A stretch of DNA of 64,000 bases from Candidatus Woesearchaeota archaeon CG10_big_fil_rev_8_21_14_0_10_45_16 (lineage in GTDB: Archaea; Nanobdellota; Nanobdellia; Woesearchaeales; GW2011-AR9), in contig PCXY01000003.1 of the NCBI GenBank assembly GCA_002762785.1, positions 70,463 through 134,462 of the forward strand, written 5' to 3'. This document shows positions 46,444 through 56,949 of this stretch, piece after piece. Both the position numbers and the translations under genes were made by a program. The notes under the pieces were generated by a model that made no database searches, was not told the DNA's origin, and was given only the letters and a program-made list of their open reading frames with translations. The stretch's first letter is position 1; the number at the start of each line of letters is the position of its first letter.

Positions 46444-48057
46444 ATGAGATGGATAGCTATTCTGATCTGCTTATTAATCTTGACCACACCTGCACTAGCA
46501 GCTAACTCCTTAGCTGATGCTCAGGAACAATTACAAACGCTGAAAGGATTGGAATTTCCTGCCCCTTTGAGTTCTGTCTTCAAGAATGAACGTATGAATA
46601 TTGAGGTTACCATGCAGGATGGCAAGGTGGAAACTGTCGGTATTACTATCACTGATGGAACTATTAAAACGGTTTCCATGGAATCTTTAGAAAATCCGAC
46701 GATCATTGTCACTATGAAAGAGATGGTCTTTTTCAAAGTGATACACAGCGCTGAGCCTTTGCAGGCTTTAAAAGAAGCCATCGATAAAGGAGAGATAAGA
46801 TATTCTGCTGTGGGGTTTATCAAGAAGATCAAAATGGGGACTTTTTCATTTATTGGTACTATCATGAAGTTTTTTAGCGATGCTAACGAACAAAAAGAGG
46901 ACCTGATAGAACCAGAGATTATCGAAGAAGAGTTGGCAGAGATCCCATTAGATGTCCCAGACCCAGTCTTTGCTGCTTCAGTTGTCACCCTTGAATCTTG
47001 CGGTGATCCTGAGGGAGGCTGGCAGGAGAACCATCGCTATGAGTTATCTGCTGATATCAACGTGGAAGGAGTCTATTCTTGTTTCCAGCCCACTGCTTCA
47101 AACATAGTTTTTGATGGAAATGGCTACTCATTGAGAGGTCAGGGAGAGACTGCCATCAGAATCGAAGATCTGAACAATGTACGTCTCCACAGCTTAGATC
47201 TAGTCGGATTTGAGACTGGTATATATTTGGCCGATTCTGTTAATGTGAGCGTCCAGCAGATTCACCTTCGCAATATCCAATATGGCCTCCGTTCTGACAG
47301 AAGTGATGAAGTCAAGGTCATCAACGTCGATGCTCTCTCTGATGGAAACCGGGCAGGGATCGGCCTCTTTTTCACTTTCGGCAGCAATAATCAGATCAAT
47401 CAGAACACTTTCAGCAACCTGGCCAGCGCCATCCAGCTCCAGGGAGAAGAAGAAAGCTCTGTGACTGGGAATAGGATCAGTGGCTCTTATAGAGGCATCG
47501 TGAATACTGATGGGATACAGAACACAATAAGCCAGAATACTATCCAGGATCCTTCTATTGCCGGAATTATTCTGCGGCGTGGCGAAAGTAATACTATCTT
47601 TAGAAACATCATCCAAGGCAGTTCGGGACAGGTCAACGCCGAACCTTTGGCTGCAATCAGTCTTGATGAAAGCAATGCTAACACTATCCAGGAAAATACG
47701 ATTCAAGAAACTTTTCTGGATGGTATCCATCTTTTGGGATCTTCACAGAACATCATCCGCGCTAACACTCTCCTTGGAAATGAAGGCAAGACTGCTATCT
47801 TTCTGATAGCAAGCGCCGGCAACAACATCCTGGAGAATGAGATCACTCGCAATGGTGTCGGTATTGCTGCTCTCTCTTCTAGTCCCACTTTCAATGTCAG
47901 GATCAGCGACAATACTATCTGCAATAATAGGATTAAAGACCTGGTCTGTTCAGGTTTCCAGCAGATAGATGGGGCTGGCAACACTTTCCGCAGTCAGGAA
48001 GGTTGTCCAGTGTCATCTTGGCCGGTGCTCGGAACTCATTATCAACCCTGTAATTAG
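46444..48057 (+). CDS. secreted right-handed parallel beta-helix repeat protein (NosD/pectin-lyase-like)
   Basis: Signal peptide and multiple PbH1-like repeats (..N.I..N.I....GI.L...). Confidence 0.5.
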   Translation: MRWIAILICLLILTTPALAANSLADAQEQLQTLKGLEFPAPLSSVFKNERMNIEVTMQDGKVETVGITITDGTIKTVSMESLENPTIIVTMKEMVFFKVIHSAEPLQALKEAIDKGEIRYSAVGFIKKIKMGTFSFIGTIMKFFSDANEQKEDLIEPEIIEEELAEIPLDVPDPVFAASVVTLESCGDPEGGWQENHRYELSADINVEGVYSCFQPTASNIVFDGNGYSLRGQGETAIRIEDLNNVRLHSLDLVGFETGIYLADSVNVSVQQIHLRNIQYGLRSDRSDEVKVINVDALSDGNRAGIGLFFTFGSNNQINQNTFSNLASAIQLQGEEESSVTGNRISGSYRGIVNTDGIQNTISQNTIQDPSIAGIILRRGESNTIFRNIIQGSSGQVNAEPLAAISLDESNANTIQENTIQETFLDGIHLLGSSQNIIRANTLLGNEGKTAIFLIASAGNNILENEITRNGVGIAALSSSPTFNVRISDNTICNNRIKDLVCSGFQQIDGAGNTFRSQEGCPVSSWPVLGTHYQPCN

Positions 48058-48183
48058 GAGATTATACGATCAGAAGAGTTACAATCTGAAGAAGGGTTAC
48101 AATCAGAAAACTAAGTGATTATCAGAAAATAATTATAAATTTCAGAAAATGCTTGTAAATTAAGTGATTAGGAGGTAATTAAA

Positions 48184-48702
48184 ATGACAAAGATGATCCT
48201 GATGATACTAACCTTATCCCTGGCATCTCTTTTGATGCTGACGGCATGCAACGTCCAGCCAGCCGATTCCGCGGATGATTCAGTCGTCGAAAGCCAGCCG
48301 GCTGAGAACGTTCAGGATGATGTTCAGGAAAAAATCGAAGAAGAGAGCGAGACCGAAGAAGTTCAGGATGCAGAAGATACATTGGAAATTGGGGATATAG
48401 CAGATCGAGACGATACCGAAACTATGGAAAAAGTTGATTCCGTCCATAAAGTGGAAATTACGGAAAGTGGTTTCGCCCCAAGTTCACTGACTATAAACAT
48501 AGGCGATACGGTGGAATGGAGAGTGGCCAGAACCGGTTCTTACAAAAAAGCGATGATTGTTGGAGCGAGAAATTGTCTTGATGTTCGAAGCCAGCCGTTT
48601 ACTGCCGGTGAATTCTTTAGCTGGACTTTCACTGAACCAGAGACCTGCACTATCGTTGATGGGGTCATGACCACGCTTTCCAGCAAGATCGTTATAAAAT
48701 AA
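48184..48702 (+). CDS. secreted cupredoxin-like domain protein (paralog 2), lipoprotein-like signal
   Basis: LTAC lipobox-like. IGDTVEW ... FSWTFTEPETCTIVD shared with 45925..46407. Confidence 0.45.
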   Translation: MTKMILMILTLSLASLLMLTACNVQPADSADDSVVESQPAENVQDDVQEKIEEESETEEVQDAEDTLEIGDIADRDDTETMEKVDSVHKVEITESGFAPSSLTINIGDTVEWRVARTGSYKKAMIVGARNCLDVRSQPFTAGEFFSWTFTEPETCTIVDGVMTTLSSKIVIK

Positions 48703-48754
48703 GATCCATTCTTCTTTTTCTTTGTATCTTGTCTTTTTTATTTTTGTTATAAAT

Positions 48755-49318
48755 TTATCTCTTGCTTATCCTTTTTTTATTCTTCTTTTTCTTCTGATGA
48801 TCTCTTTTGTTCGGGTTCTTTATCTTTAGTCCTGTTTTTCTTTTCTCTATGTTCTTACCTTTAGAAACAAACCGTAATGATCTGGCAGCTATCCTCAGAA
48901 CTCGTGCCAGCCTGCCGCTCTTTGCTATTTCTTTTGCGCCTTTGCTTGCTTCAAGACTTTCATGAAGGATAGCCTGGCCGACGGCGATCTCTCCTGCTCT
49001 AAAGATGAATGAATATAACCGGGAAAGGATGGTGAATAAAAGCACGAATGGGAATACCGCAACTATATCCAGCCAGTATCGCTTGAAAAATTCTTTGATA
49101 GTCTTGGCATCTATCGCCAGAAAGATCAGGTCAATGATAAAGATGCTGATGATGAACCCATCGAGGACTGTAATCGCTGTTTCTAAAGTATGGTTCTCAT
49201 AGTGTGTCCACTTAAAAATATGGGCCAGCTCATAGAAGATGATGCCTAACAGCAGGAGGAGCGCATAGGGAATAAGCTTACTGTTGATTTTTTCTACTTT
49301 TTTCCAGAACGGATGCAT
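48755..49318 (-). CDS. voltage-sensor-domain-like membrane protein (S1-S4 only) with a K/R-rich tail
   Basis: Three TM helices followed by an S4-like RLARVLRIAARSLRF (Arg every third residue). No pore domain. Confidence 0.4.
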   Translation of the reverse strand: MHPFWKKVEKINSKLIPYALLLLLGIIFYELAHIFKWTHYENHTLETAITVLDGFIISIFIIDLIFLAIDAKTIKEFFKRYWLDIVAVFPFVLLFTILSRLYSFIFRAGEIAVGQAILHESLEASKGAKEIAKSGRLARVLRIAARSLRFVSKGKNIEKRKTGLKIKNPNKRDHQKKKKNKKRISKR

Positions 49319-49610
49319 CGTACGGCCTCTTTCTTTACTGCTTCTTTCTTTGTAGAAGTTCTTTTTGCTTTTTAAAATTATCTTTTACCATTCTCTTTTA
49401 GTAAGTTAAAATCTTCTTTTTCCACCAGTGTATTCACTGGTGGTTGACTTCTGGTAATGTCTGGAGTGGAAAAAGAAGGGTCAGAATTCGACCCGAGCCG
49501 AGGGCGAGCATGCCGCCGGTCTATTGACCGGTGGTGGTCGAATTCTTTGACGCCAGTGAAGACAAAAAATTTAAATACATTCAAGATTTACAACTATCAA
49601 TTAAAATGAG

Positions 49611-50585
49611 GTGTTATACATGAATAAAATTTCAAAAAAGATTATGTTGGCTGGTATGATGATTCCGTTATTATTTCTTATCGGCTGCGCTGGGCAACTG
49701 ACTGATGATGAATTAAATTCCGAGCTTGACGGCTTATCTGATGAAGAGTTATCAGCCCTCGGCCAGGAGCCTGGCGCCCTTGCTGGACAAGCCATCCAGC
49801 TGAAGTCTTCTACGGCCGCAGCTGTCAAAAAAGTTCAGAAATCTGTCCAAAGTTATTCCTGTTCGCCAAGCGGCGACAGTGTCCGTGTCTCTCTCATGAA
49901 AGATGGGAAAGAAGCTTATTCCAGGATTATCTCTCCTCTTTGTAAAGAAAACATCGCTGCCCAGCCGGTCTGTTTTGGCAGTTGGTACAGATTTGAACAG
50001 ACTCAGTGCCAGTTCGGCTGTTCTGCCGGCAGCTGTATCCAGCCGGTTATTCCTGAGGATCAGCCGGTTCAAGACTTTGAAGCCTGTGACTTGAACTTTG
50101 AAAGTTATCCTTGCTACTTTGTTGATAGAAACAACAATTTCAACGGCAAGCTGGTCGTGGGCCAGGCTGCTCCGGCTACCGATAATCTGGCCATGACCGA
50201 CATCGCTACCGGTATGCGTTATCAGAATCAGCTGGTAGGATTTGTTAATGTTACTGTGCTTGATTCTGAGGTTGCTAGCGTCTACTCTCAGAACTTGGTC
50301 TCAGTCGGTCACGCTTGTAATAATAGGGTAACGGCTCAACTGTTGGGAATTCCTCAACCGCAGCTAGTCAATGGTAGTTGTCCAAATAAAGCGTTAAACG
50401 ATGGAGAAGTGTTAATCCTGCTCTCACGGCCGGGTAATTCAGTTGCTTTGGTGGTAGCCGGCAGTGATGATGAGATGACTCGGCTAGGAGCAAAAATTCT
50501 TGCTACATCGCCCCAGTTGTTAAGTGGGACGCTGAATGTTTGTTCTGGTACAAACATCACCACTGTTCGATGTGAAGAACGCTGA
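49611..50585 (+). CDS. secreted Cys-rich lipoprotein, hypothetical
   Basis: LFLIGCAG lipobox and many Cys. Confidence 0.4.
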   Translation: MLYMNKISKKIMLAGMMIPLLFLIGCAGQLTDDELNSELDGLSDEELSALGQEPGALAGQAIQLKSSTAAAVKKVQKSVQSYSCSPSGDSVRVSLMKDGKEAYSRIISPLCKENIAAQPVCFGSWYRFEQTQCQFGCSAGSCIQPVIPEDQPVQDFEACDLNFESYPCYFVDRNNNFNGKLVVGQAAPATDNLAMTDIATGMRYQNQLVGFVNVTVLDSEVASVYSQNLVSVGHACNNRVTAQLLGIPQPQLVNGSCPNKALNDGEVLILLSRPGNSVALVVAGSDDEMTRLGAKILATSPQLLSGTLNVCSGTNITTVRCEER

Positions 50586-50935
50586 TTTTGTTCTTTTTCT
50601 CTTTTTTCTTTTTTTCTTAGACCATTATAATCCTCTCAAAATCTAGTCCTGCAAATTTCTAATCCTATAACTCTCTAATCCTGGACAGTTCTGTCGCTAT
50701 CTGCACAATTCAAATTCTCAGTTTTTCACAAGCCCACTCTCTTTTTGTTTTCTTTAAAGTTCATTTAGCATAAGGTTCACCGGATGAAGAAAAGGTACAA
50801 CTACCATCTGAAATCTTCTTCAAATATTTTTGAAAACATGGGGACCGCTCTCCTTTTGATTTGCGCCGCGCTTTCAAAAGTTATTTATATCTCAATATTT
50901 TAATCTTTGCAGGAAAAGTAAATAGAGGTGTCTGA

Positions 50936-51502
50936 ATGATAAAAAAAATGTTTATTAAACTGCTTATGCTCAATATTTTGCTCTTAGCACTGTTCTTGGT
51001 CAGCTGTGCTCCTGAAACCTCTGAACAAGAGCTTCCTGAACAAGAGATGGCTGTTCAGCCGGATGTCGGTGAAGGGCAGAACAAGTACGAAGATACGCTT
51101 TTTTCAGCCGTATATCCTGATACCTGGACTTATAGCGAAGTAACATACGGCCTGCAGACCGATATCTCTTTCTTTCCGATAGGCGGGGAAAGTCTCGTCG
51201 GTTTGTTCGTGAGTCCGCTTGACATGAGCATGGCAGGACTAGAACAAGCCCGGCTTAGCGAGATAGAGAAATCAGGCGGAATACTGGCTCTCGTCTCGAG
51301 GGAAGAAGTTATCTTTGCTGGTAAGAAAGCGGTAAAGCTGACTACTATAAATGATGCTGTGGCTGTCAAGGGCGATCAGGTTGAATATATAGTCGATGCT
51401 GGTTCAAAGAGTGTATCTGTAGCATTGATCATGCCTCTCGATTCAACTGAAGATGAAAAGCAGGACTTGCAGGCCATTGCTGAAAGTATCCGTTTTGCAT
51501 AA
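50936..51502 (+). CDS. secreted hypothetical protein
   Basis: Signal peptide with a LVSCAP lipobox-like motif. Confidence 0.4.
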   Translation: MIKKMFIKLLMLNILLLALFLVSCAPETSEQELPEQEMAVQPDVGEGQNKYEDTLFSAVYPDTWTYSEVTYGLQTDISFFPIGGESLVGLFVSPLDMSMAGLEQARLSEIEKSGGILALVSREEVIFAGKKAVKLTTINDAVAVKGDQVEYIVDAGSKSVSVALIMPLDSTEDEKQDLQAIAESIRFA

Positions 51503-51604
51503 GCCCTCGTTTTGAATAAGTTTTCTTTTTCTTTTTTCTCCAGTATTTTTTTCATTATTGAATGAATACAAATCATTTTAAAGCTTCTTGGCCACTTTCC
51601 ATTC

Positions 51605-52702
51605 ATGCGTCAGGGAATGAAGATCGGCAGAGTTTTCGGCATCGATATATTTATCCATCCCTCATGGTGGATAATCTTTGTTTTTCTAGCCTGGGTTCTT
51701 TCAACACAATATTTTCCGCAGGTTGATATCCTGCCAGGACAGACCGGACAGATCTATTGGTTTATGGGTATCGTCTCTGCTCTCCTGTTGTTCATTTCAG
51801 TCTTGTTACACGAGCTGAGCCATTCGCTGGTCGCCCGGCTGCGGAAGATAAAAGTGAGCAGTATCACCCTCTTCTTTTTCGGCGGTGTTGCCGGTATAGA
51901 ACAAGAAGATCTTAAACCATCCTCGGAGTTCCTGATGGCGATTGCCGGTCCTTTGTTCTCATTGTTGCTGGCGGGCATTTTTTATCTTATCACCCTGCAG
52001 AACGGAAACGGTATCGTCGATGCTATGTTTTTCTATTTGGCCCAGCTTAATCTGATCCTTGGCATCTTCAATCTTATTCCCGGCTATCCATTGGACGGTG
52101 GCAGAGCTTTCCGGGCAGTATTGTATGCTGCTCTTAAAGATATCAGAAAAGCTACAAAGATAGCTGTCATCGGCGGTAAGATCTTTGCCGGAGCATTGAT
52201 CCTCTTGGGTATAATTACCCTTTCTCAAGGCGGTTGGTGGCCTCTTCTCTTGGGAGCTTTCCTTTACTTTATTGCTGGAAACAGCTATCAGCAGGTGTTG
52301 TTAAAAGATGTGCTTTCTAAGATCTCGATCAAGAGTTTTATCCTCACCAAATATGATAAAGTCAGCCCTTCACTGCCATTTGCGGCTTTTGTAAAGAAAT
52401 ATGCTGATTCAGGACGAGATACGTTTGTCGTTGGCACGACTGCAATCCAGGGTTTGCTTGATCTTAAGAAATTGAAAGTTATACCTCGACGCCCGATAAA
52501 AGTCAGCGATGTGACTATCCCTCTCTCTGCATTAGCATCCGTCTCCTCTAAGGATTCTGCGTACACGGCTTTGGAACGCTGTCTTAGTCAGGATCTTGAT
52601 CTGCTGCCGGTTGTTGACAAAGGGAGGGTGGTCGGTATTGTCAAGCGGGATCGTCTTCTTACCAGATTCCAATGGGAACTGCGGTTTGGCGGAAAAAAAT
52701 GA
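51605..52702 (+). CDS. site-2 protease (peptidase M50) with a C-terminal CBS domain
   Basis: HELSH zinc motif and NLIPGYPLDGGR (LDG motif). Multi-TM. Confidence 0.8.
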   Translation: MRQGMKIGRVFGIDIFIHPSWWIIFVFLAWVLSTQYFPQVDILPGQTGQIYWFMGIVSALLLFISVLLHELSHSLVARLRKIKVSSITLFFFGGVAGIEQEDLKPSSEFLMAIAGPLFSLLLAGIFYLITLQNGNGIVDAMFFYLAQLNLILGIFNLIPGYPLDGGRAFRAVLYAALKDIRKATKIAVIGGKIFAGALILLGIITLSQGGWWPLLLGAFLYFIAGNSYQQVLLKDVLSKISIKSFILTKYDKVSPSLPFAAFVKKYADSGRDTFVVGTTAIQGLLDLKKLKVIPRRPIKVSDVTIPLSALASVSSKDSAYTALERCLSQDLDLLPVVDKGRVVGIVKRDRLLTRFQWELRFGGKK

Positions 52703-52936
52703 TGGTTCTGCCAGTGGATTGCGCGAGAGTTATGACATAAACCAATATATCGTCTCTCGACTCTATCTATTCTCCCAATCGCGCTCTCCTCTTCTCTCCT
52801 ATCTTTGATTTTATGATTGTCTTCTCAGGTTTTATATCATAGAGTTGTAAACTACACACCGAGAGAGAGATTAAAAATAGCAGAATGAGCTAAAACCACA
52901 AAAAGCATTAAAAAGCGGCTTCTTAATTTTAACTGT

Positions 52937-53728
52937 ATGTTCAAAGATCAGATTATCAGCCGGCTCAAAGAACTTACTGGACATAACTCTATCATCATCA
53001 CCACCAGAGGAAATGCTGCCATTAAAGCTGTTCTTTCGGCAGTTAAAGAAAAACTGCTGATCCCGGAAGAAGGCGGCTGGCTGACTTATAAGAAAGCTGA
53101 CAATTATTCTGAAGTAAAATGCGATGATGCGGTCATCAATCTACGTGATCTGGAACAGAAATTACAGACAAAAGAATATGGCGCTTTCCTTTATCAGAAT
53201 CCCGGCGGCTATTTTGCTGAACAGCCGATGGTTGAGATATATGCTCTCTGCCGGAGATTTGGGTGTTTAGTCATCTTGGACGTCTCAGGTTCTCTTGGTA
53301 CGGAGTTATGCGACGGCAGGTACGCTGATGTCAGCGTCGGCAGCTTCGGTGAATGGAAACTGGTGGAAGCTCATGTCGGCGGTTTCATCTCCTGCAAAGA
53401 TTCAAAATTATCTGAACAATTGCGCCCTGCACTTCTTGCCGATGAAGATTCATTAAAAATTATCTTAGAAAAATTAGAATGGCTGGATAAAAGGATCTTA
53501 TTCTTATCAGAAAAAAGAAAAAAAATCCTAAAAGATCTCCAAGATTTTAAGATAGTCCATCCAGATGATCTTGGTTTCGTGGTGGTAATAAAATATGGCG
53601 CGGAAAAAGAGAAAGAGCAGATTCTAACGTATTGTCAGAAGGAACAGCTTCCTTGGACAGAATGTCCTCGATATATCCGGCTTAATAAGAAAGCGGTCAG
53701 TATTGAAGTCAAACGGCTGGTGGGATGA
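52937..53728 (+). CDS. hypothetical protein (weak PLP-dependent aminotransferase-fold features)
   Basis: SFGEWK could be a PLP-lysine motif. Weak. Confidence 0.3.
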   Translation: MFKDQIISRLKELTGHNSIIITTRGNAAIKAVLSAVKEKLLIPEEGGWLTYKKADNYSEVKCDDAVINLRDLEQKLQTKEYGAFLYQNPGGYFAEQPMVEIYALCRRFGCLVILDVSGSLGTELCDGRYADVSVGSFGEWKLVEAHVGGFISCKDSKLSEQLRPALLADEDSLKIILEKLEWLDKRILFLSEKRKKILKDLQDFKIVHPDDLGFVVVIKYGAEKEKEQILTYCQKEQLPWTECPRYIRLNKKAVSIEVKRLVG

Positions 53729-54208
53729 GTGGCAGATTATCGTTTAAAATTAGGTTCCTCCGGCTCTCCCGGCCATTTTAAAGATTCTAACATATCTGGC
53801 CTGGCGCTGATGCGGCGCGGACCTTTACGGTACTGCGCTCTTACGCTAGGTTTTGTCGCGGCGGCTATGACTTCAGCGATCATCGCTGTAGCGCCTGATG
53901 ATCTTCCTCTGTATTCTGGACGGATCGATTTCCCTGGGGTCGAAAAGGTTGAGGTGCGCCGTTCTGCTCATCAGGAAGGAAAAAATATTTCTGAAAATAT
54001 TTCTGATGTCTCAAATATTTCAAATATTTCCCAAGACCGCTTGACTATCTCCGTCTTTTATGAAAATGGCGGCAAAATTATAATCTATGATCATAACGCT
54101 AACTATCAAATAGATGATGGTGATACGGCCCTAATCAGCCGGAGAACTGTTTATTCTCATCATGATCTTGAGCGTATCCTTGCTAAAGTACAGATGAAGA
54201 TGGACTAA
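53729..54208 (+). CDS. hypothetical protein with an ISENISDVSNISNIS repeat
   Basis: ORF only. Confidence 0.3.
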   Translation: MADYRLKLGSSGSPGHFKDSNISGLALMRRGPLRYCALTLGFVAAAMTSAIIAVAPDDLPLYSGRIDFPGVEKVEVRRSAHQEGKNISENISDVSNISNISQDRLTISVFYENGGKIIIYDHNANYQIDDGDTALISRRTVYSHHDLERILAKVQMKMD

Positions 54209-54390
54209 AAATGGTTCTAATTGATTCTAATTGATTTTATCTGGCTCTAATTGATTTTATCTTCTATCTGAAGTAGAAATCATTTGTTTGCGATGGTGGT
54301 GGTCTGTGGGGTAAGACTGTGGAGTAAGACCTTTTCTACAGAGCCTGCCGGTGGCAAAGATATTTAAACCCTTTCGTTCTTCTTTTCTTC

Positions 54391-54777
54391 ATGGCATTAA
54401 AAATTCCTGATTCCATGGACGAATGTCTTTATTTCAGCAACCGCTCTATCGCTGATTGTCAAGTTTTGGCGTGGGTCTATCGCAAGACCTGTCCCAAATG
54501 CAAGAAAGCCAAGATGGGCAAGCCGGTAGTAAAAGGTAAAGTCAAGACCAGGGCTAAGGAATATACTTGTCCAGAGTGCGGTTATACTGAAGAAAAAAAA
54601 GAGCATGAAGAAAGTCTTGACTTAGAAGCGAGCTATACCTGCCCCCATTGCGGGAAAAAAGGCGAATCGACAGCTAAATACGTCAGAAAGACCTACAAAG
54701 GGGTTCCTTCGTTCATCGTCGAATGCCAGCATTGCCATGAAAAGATTCCTCTTACTAAGAAGCTGAAAGGAATTTAG
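54391..54777 (+). CDS. multi-CxxC zinc-ribbon protein
   Basis: CPKC, CPECG, CPHCG and CQHCH pairs. Confidence 0.4.
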   Translation: MALKIPDSMDECLYFSNRSIADCQVLAWVYRKTCPKCKKAKMGKPVVKGKVKTRAKEYTCPECGYTEEKKEHEESLDLEASYTCPHCGKKGESTAKYVRKTYKGVPSFIVECQHCHEKIPLTKKLKGI

Positions 54778-54849
54778 TTTTTTATTAAGTTTTTTATTAT
54801 CTTCTTTTTGACGTAATCTTTATATATTGTTTTATTTCTAATATACGTT

Positions 54850-56940
54850 ATGGACCCGCAGAAAATAGTTGTCACGGCAGCTCTCCCTTATGCTAATGGC
54901 AGTATCCACATCGGCCACCTGTTAGAATATATCCAAGGGGACATCTTTGCCCGCTTCCTTAAGCTGATCGGTAAAGATGCGTTATACATCTGCGCTTCTG
55001 ACATGCATGGTACGCCGATCCAGGTCAATGCTAAGAAAGCTGGTATCGATCCGGAGGAGTTTGTTGAGATGTACTGGCAGGAACATCAGAAAGACATCGC
55101 TTCGTTCCTGGTCCATTTTGATAATTTCTATAAGACTCATTCGCCTGAAAACAAAGAGTTGGCAGAACTGTTCTTTAGTACGCTGAAACAGAAAGGCTTG
55201 ATCTCTCTTAAAGAGATAGAGCAGATGTACGATGAAGAGGCGAAACAATTCCTGCCTGATAGGTTTGTCAAAGGGAAATGTCCCAAATGCAAGGCTGAAG
55301 ATCAATATGGTGATGTCTGCGAGTCCTGCGGCGCGGCATATAACACTTCTGATCTGATCAATCCGTATTCTGTCCTGACTAAATCTAAACCTGTCTTAAA
55401 AAAATCAAATCATTATTTCTTCAAGCTGAGCAAGATGAGCCGGCAATTGCAGAGATGGATCAAGTCTCACCCGCTTCTGCAGCCAGAGATGGTCAATTTC
55501 GTCCAGCAGTGGCTCGATGAAGGTCTGCAGGATTGGTGCATCTCTCGTGATGCGCCGTATTTCGGGTTTGAGATACCAAACTCAAAAGAAGAAGCAGGAG
55601 CCCCTAAATATTTCTACGTCTGGTTGGATGCGCCTATCGGCTATATCTCTTCAACCAAAAATTATTGTGATGCTAATGGCAAGAGCTGGGATGATTACTG
55701 GAAAAAAGGCGATGTGTATCATGTTCTTGGTAAAGATATCACCTATTTCCATTTCTTATTCTGGCCGGCGATGCTGATGGCCATGGATATTCCCATCCCT
55801 CGGTTGACCGTCCATGGCTTTATCACTGTGAATGGTCAGAAGATGAGCAAATCGCGGGGTACTTTCTTTACTGCGCAAGAATTTTTAGAAAAGTTCGATC
55901 CAGAGGCGCTGCGATTTTATTATGCTTCCCATTTAGACCGTAAAGTTATCGATGTCGATCTAAACTTCACTGAGTTTCAGGCCGTCGTCAACAATGTACT
56001 TATGGGCAACCTCGGTAATTTCTGTTACCGCACCTTAACTTTTGCTCAAAAGAATTATGGTGAGATCACCAAAACGGCAGCGGAACCACAGCTGGTATCG
56101 GAACTAGAAAAACTATTTGTCGAAATAAAACAAAATTATCAAGATATGGATTTCAAGACGGCTGTCAAGAACATCATGAAAGCCGCCGATATCGGCAATG
56201 CTTATTTCCAGAAAGCAGAACCGTGGAAAAAGAAAGAAAATGAGGCGGAGAAAGAAGAAGCCCGGGCGGCGGTAGGGTTCTGTGTCAATATTGCCCGTAA
56301 TTTGGCTATCATCTGCAGTCCGATCCTGCCAGAGTTCAGCCGTAAGATATTTTCCTCTCTCAATCAGACCGGTCGATCTGAGACATCTTTCCGATGGGTT
56401 GATCTTTCCTTCCACTGGAAAGGCAGGATAGAAGAAGTCCAGAAGCTGGTGGAGAAGATTGAAGAATTGCCCCAGCGCGAAAATTTTTCCTTGTCGATAA
56501 AAGCTGGTCAGATCGTTGAAGTGAAAAATCATCCTAACGCTGACAGCCTCTACCTGATGCAGGTTGATTTTGGTTCCCAAAAGAAGCAGGTGGTAGCCGG
56601 ACTTAAAAAATATTTCACGTCTGAACAGCTCCAAGGAAAGAAAGCCTTATTCTTAATGAACCTGAAACCAGTTAAGATCCGCGGTGAGAAATCGGAAGCG
56701 ATGACGTTGGTGGCAGATGATGGCCAGATTCTTGCTCTTCTTGAAGTAGATGCTCCGCTTGGTTCTCAGGTTTCTGTTGACGGGTTGGCGGTTTCTGAAG
56801 CAGAGATCGGTTTTGACGAGTTCCAGAAAGTGAATTTAGTTGTTGAAAAAGGCCGAGTCGTCTATAAAAGCAAGGTTCTGAAAGCGGCGGGCAAAGAAAT
56901 AGCTGTCACCAGCGTGAAAGATGGGGCTAAAATCGGTTGA
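54850..56940 (+). CDS. metG: methionyl-tRNA synthetase with a C-terminal tRNA-binding domain
   Basis: HIGH motif (SIHIGHLLEY) and KMSKS (KMSKSRGT). Zinc knuckle CPKC...CESCG. C-terminal EMAP/Trbp111-like domain. Confidence 0.9.
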   Translation: MDPQKIVVTAALPYANGSIHIGHLLEYIQGDIFARFLKLIGKDALYICASDMHGTPIQVNAKKAGIDPEEFVEMYWQEHQKDIASFLVHFDNFYKTHSPENKELAELFFSTLKQKGLISLKEIEQMYDEEAKQFLPDRFVKGKCPKCKAEDQYGDVCESCGAAYNTSDLINPYSVLTKSKPVLKKSNHYFFKLSKMSRQLQRWIKSHPLLQPEMVNFVQQWLDEGLQDWCISRDAPYFGFEIPNSKEEAGAPKYFYVWLDAPIGYISSTKNYCDANGKSWDDYWKKGDVYHVLGKDITYFHFLFWPAMLMAMDIPIPRLTVHGFITVNGQKMSKSRGTFFTAQEFLEKFDPEALRFYYASHLDRKVIDVDLNFTEFQAVVNNVLMGNLGNFCYRTLTFAQKNYGEITKTAAEPQLVSELEKLFVEIKQNYQDMDFKTAVKNIMKAADIGNAYFQKAEPWKKKENEAEKEEARAAVGFCVNIARNLAIICSPILPEFSRKIFSSLNQTGRSETSFRWVDLSFHWKGRIEEVQKLVEKIEELPQRENFSLSIKAGQIVEVKNHPNADSLYLMQVDFGSQKKQVVAGLKKYFTSEQLQGKKALFLMNLKPVKIRGEKSEAMTLVADDGQILALLEVDAPLGSQVSVDGLAVSEAEIGFDEFQKVNLVVEKGRVVYKSKVLKAAGKEIAVTSVKDGAKIG

Positions 56941-56949
56941 TTAGGCGAA

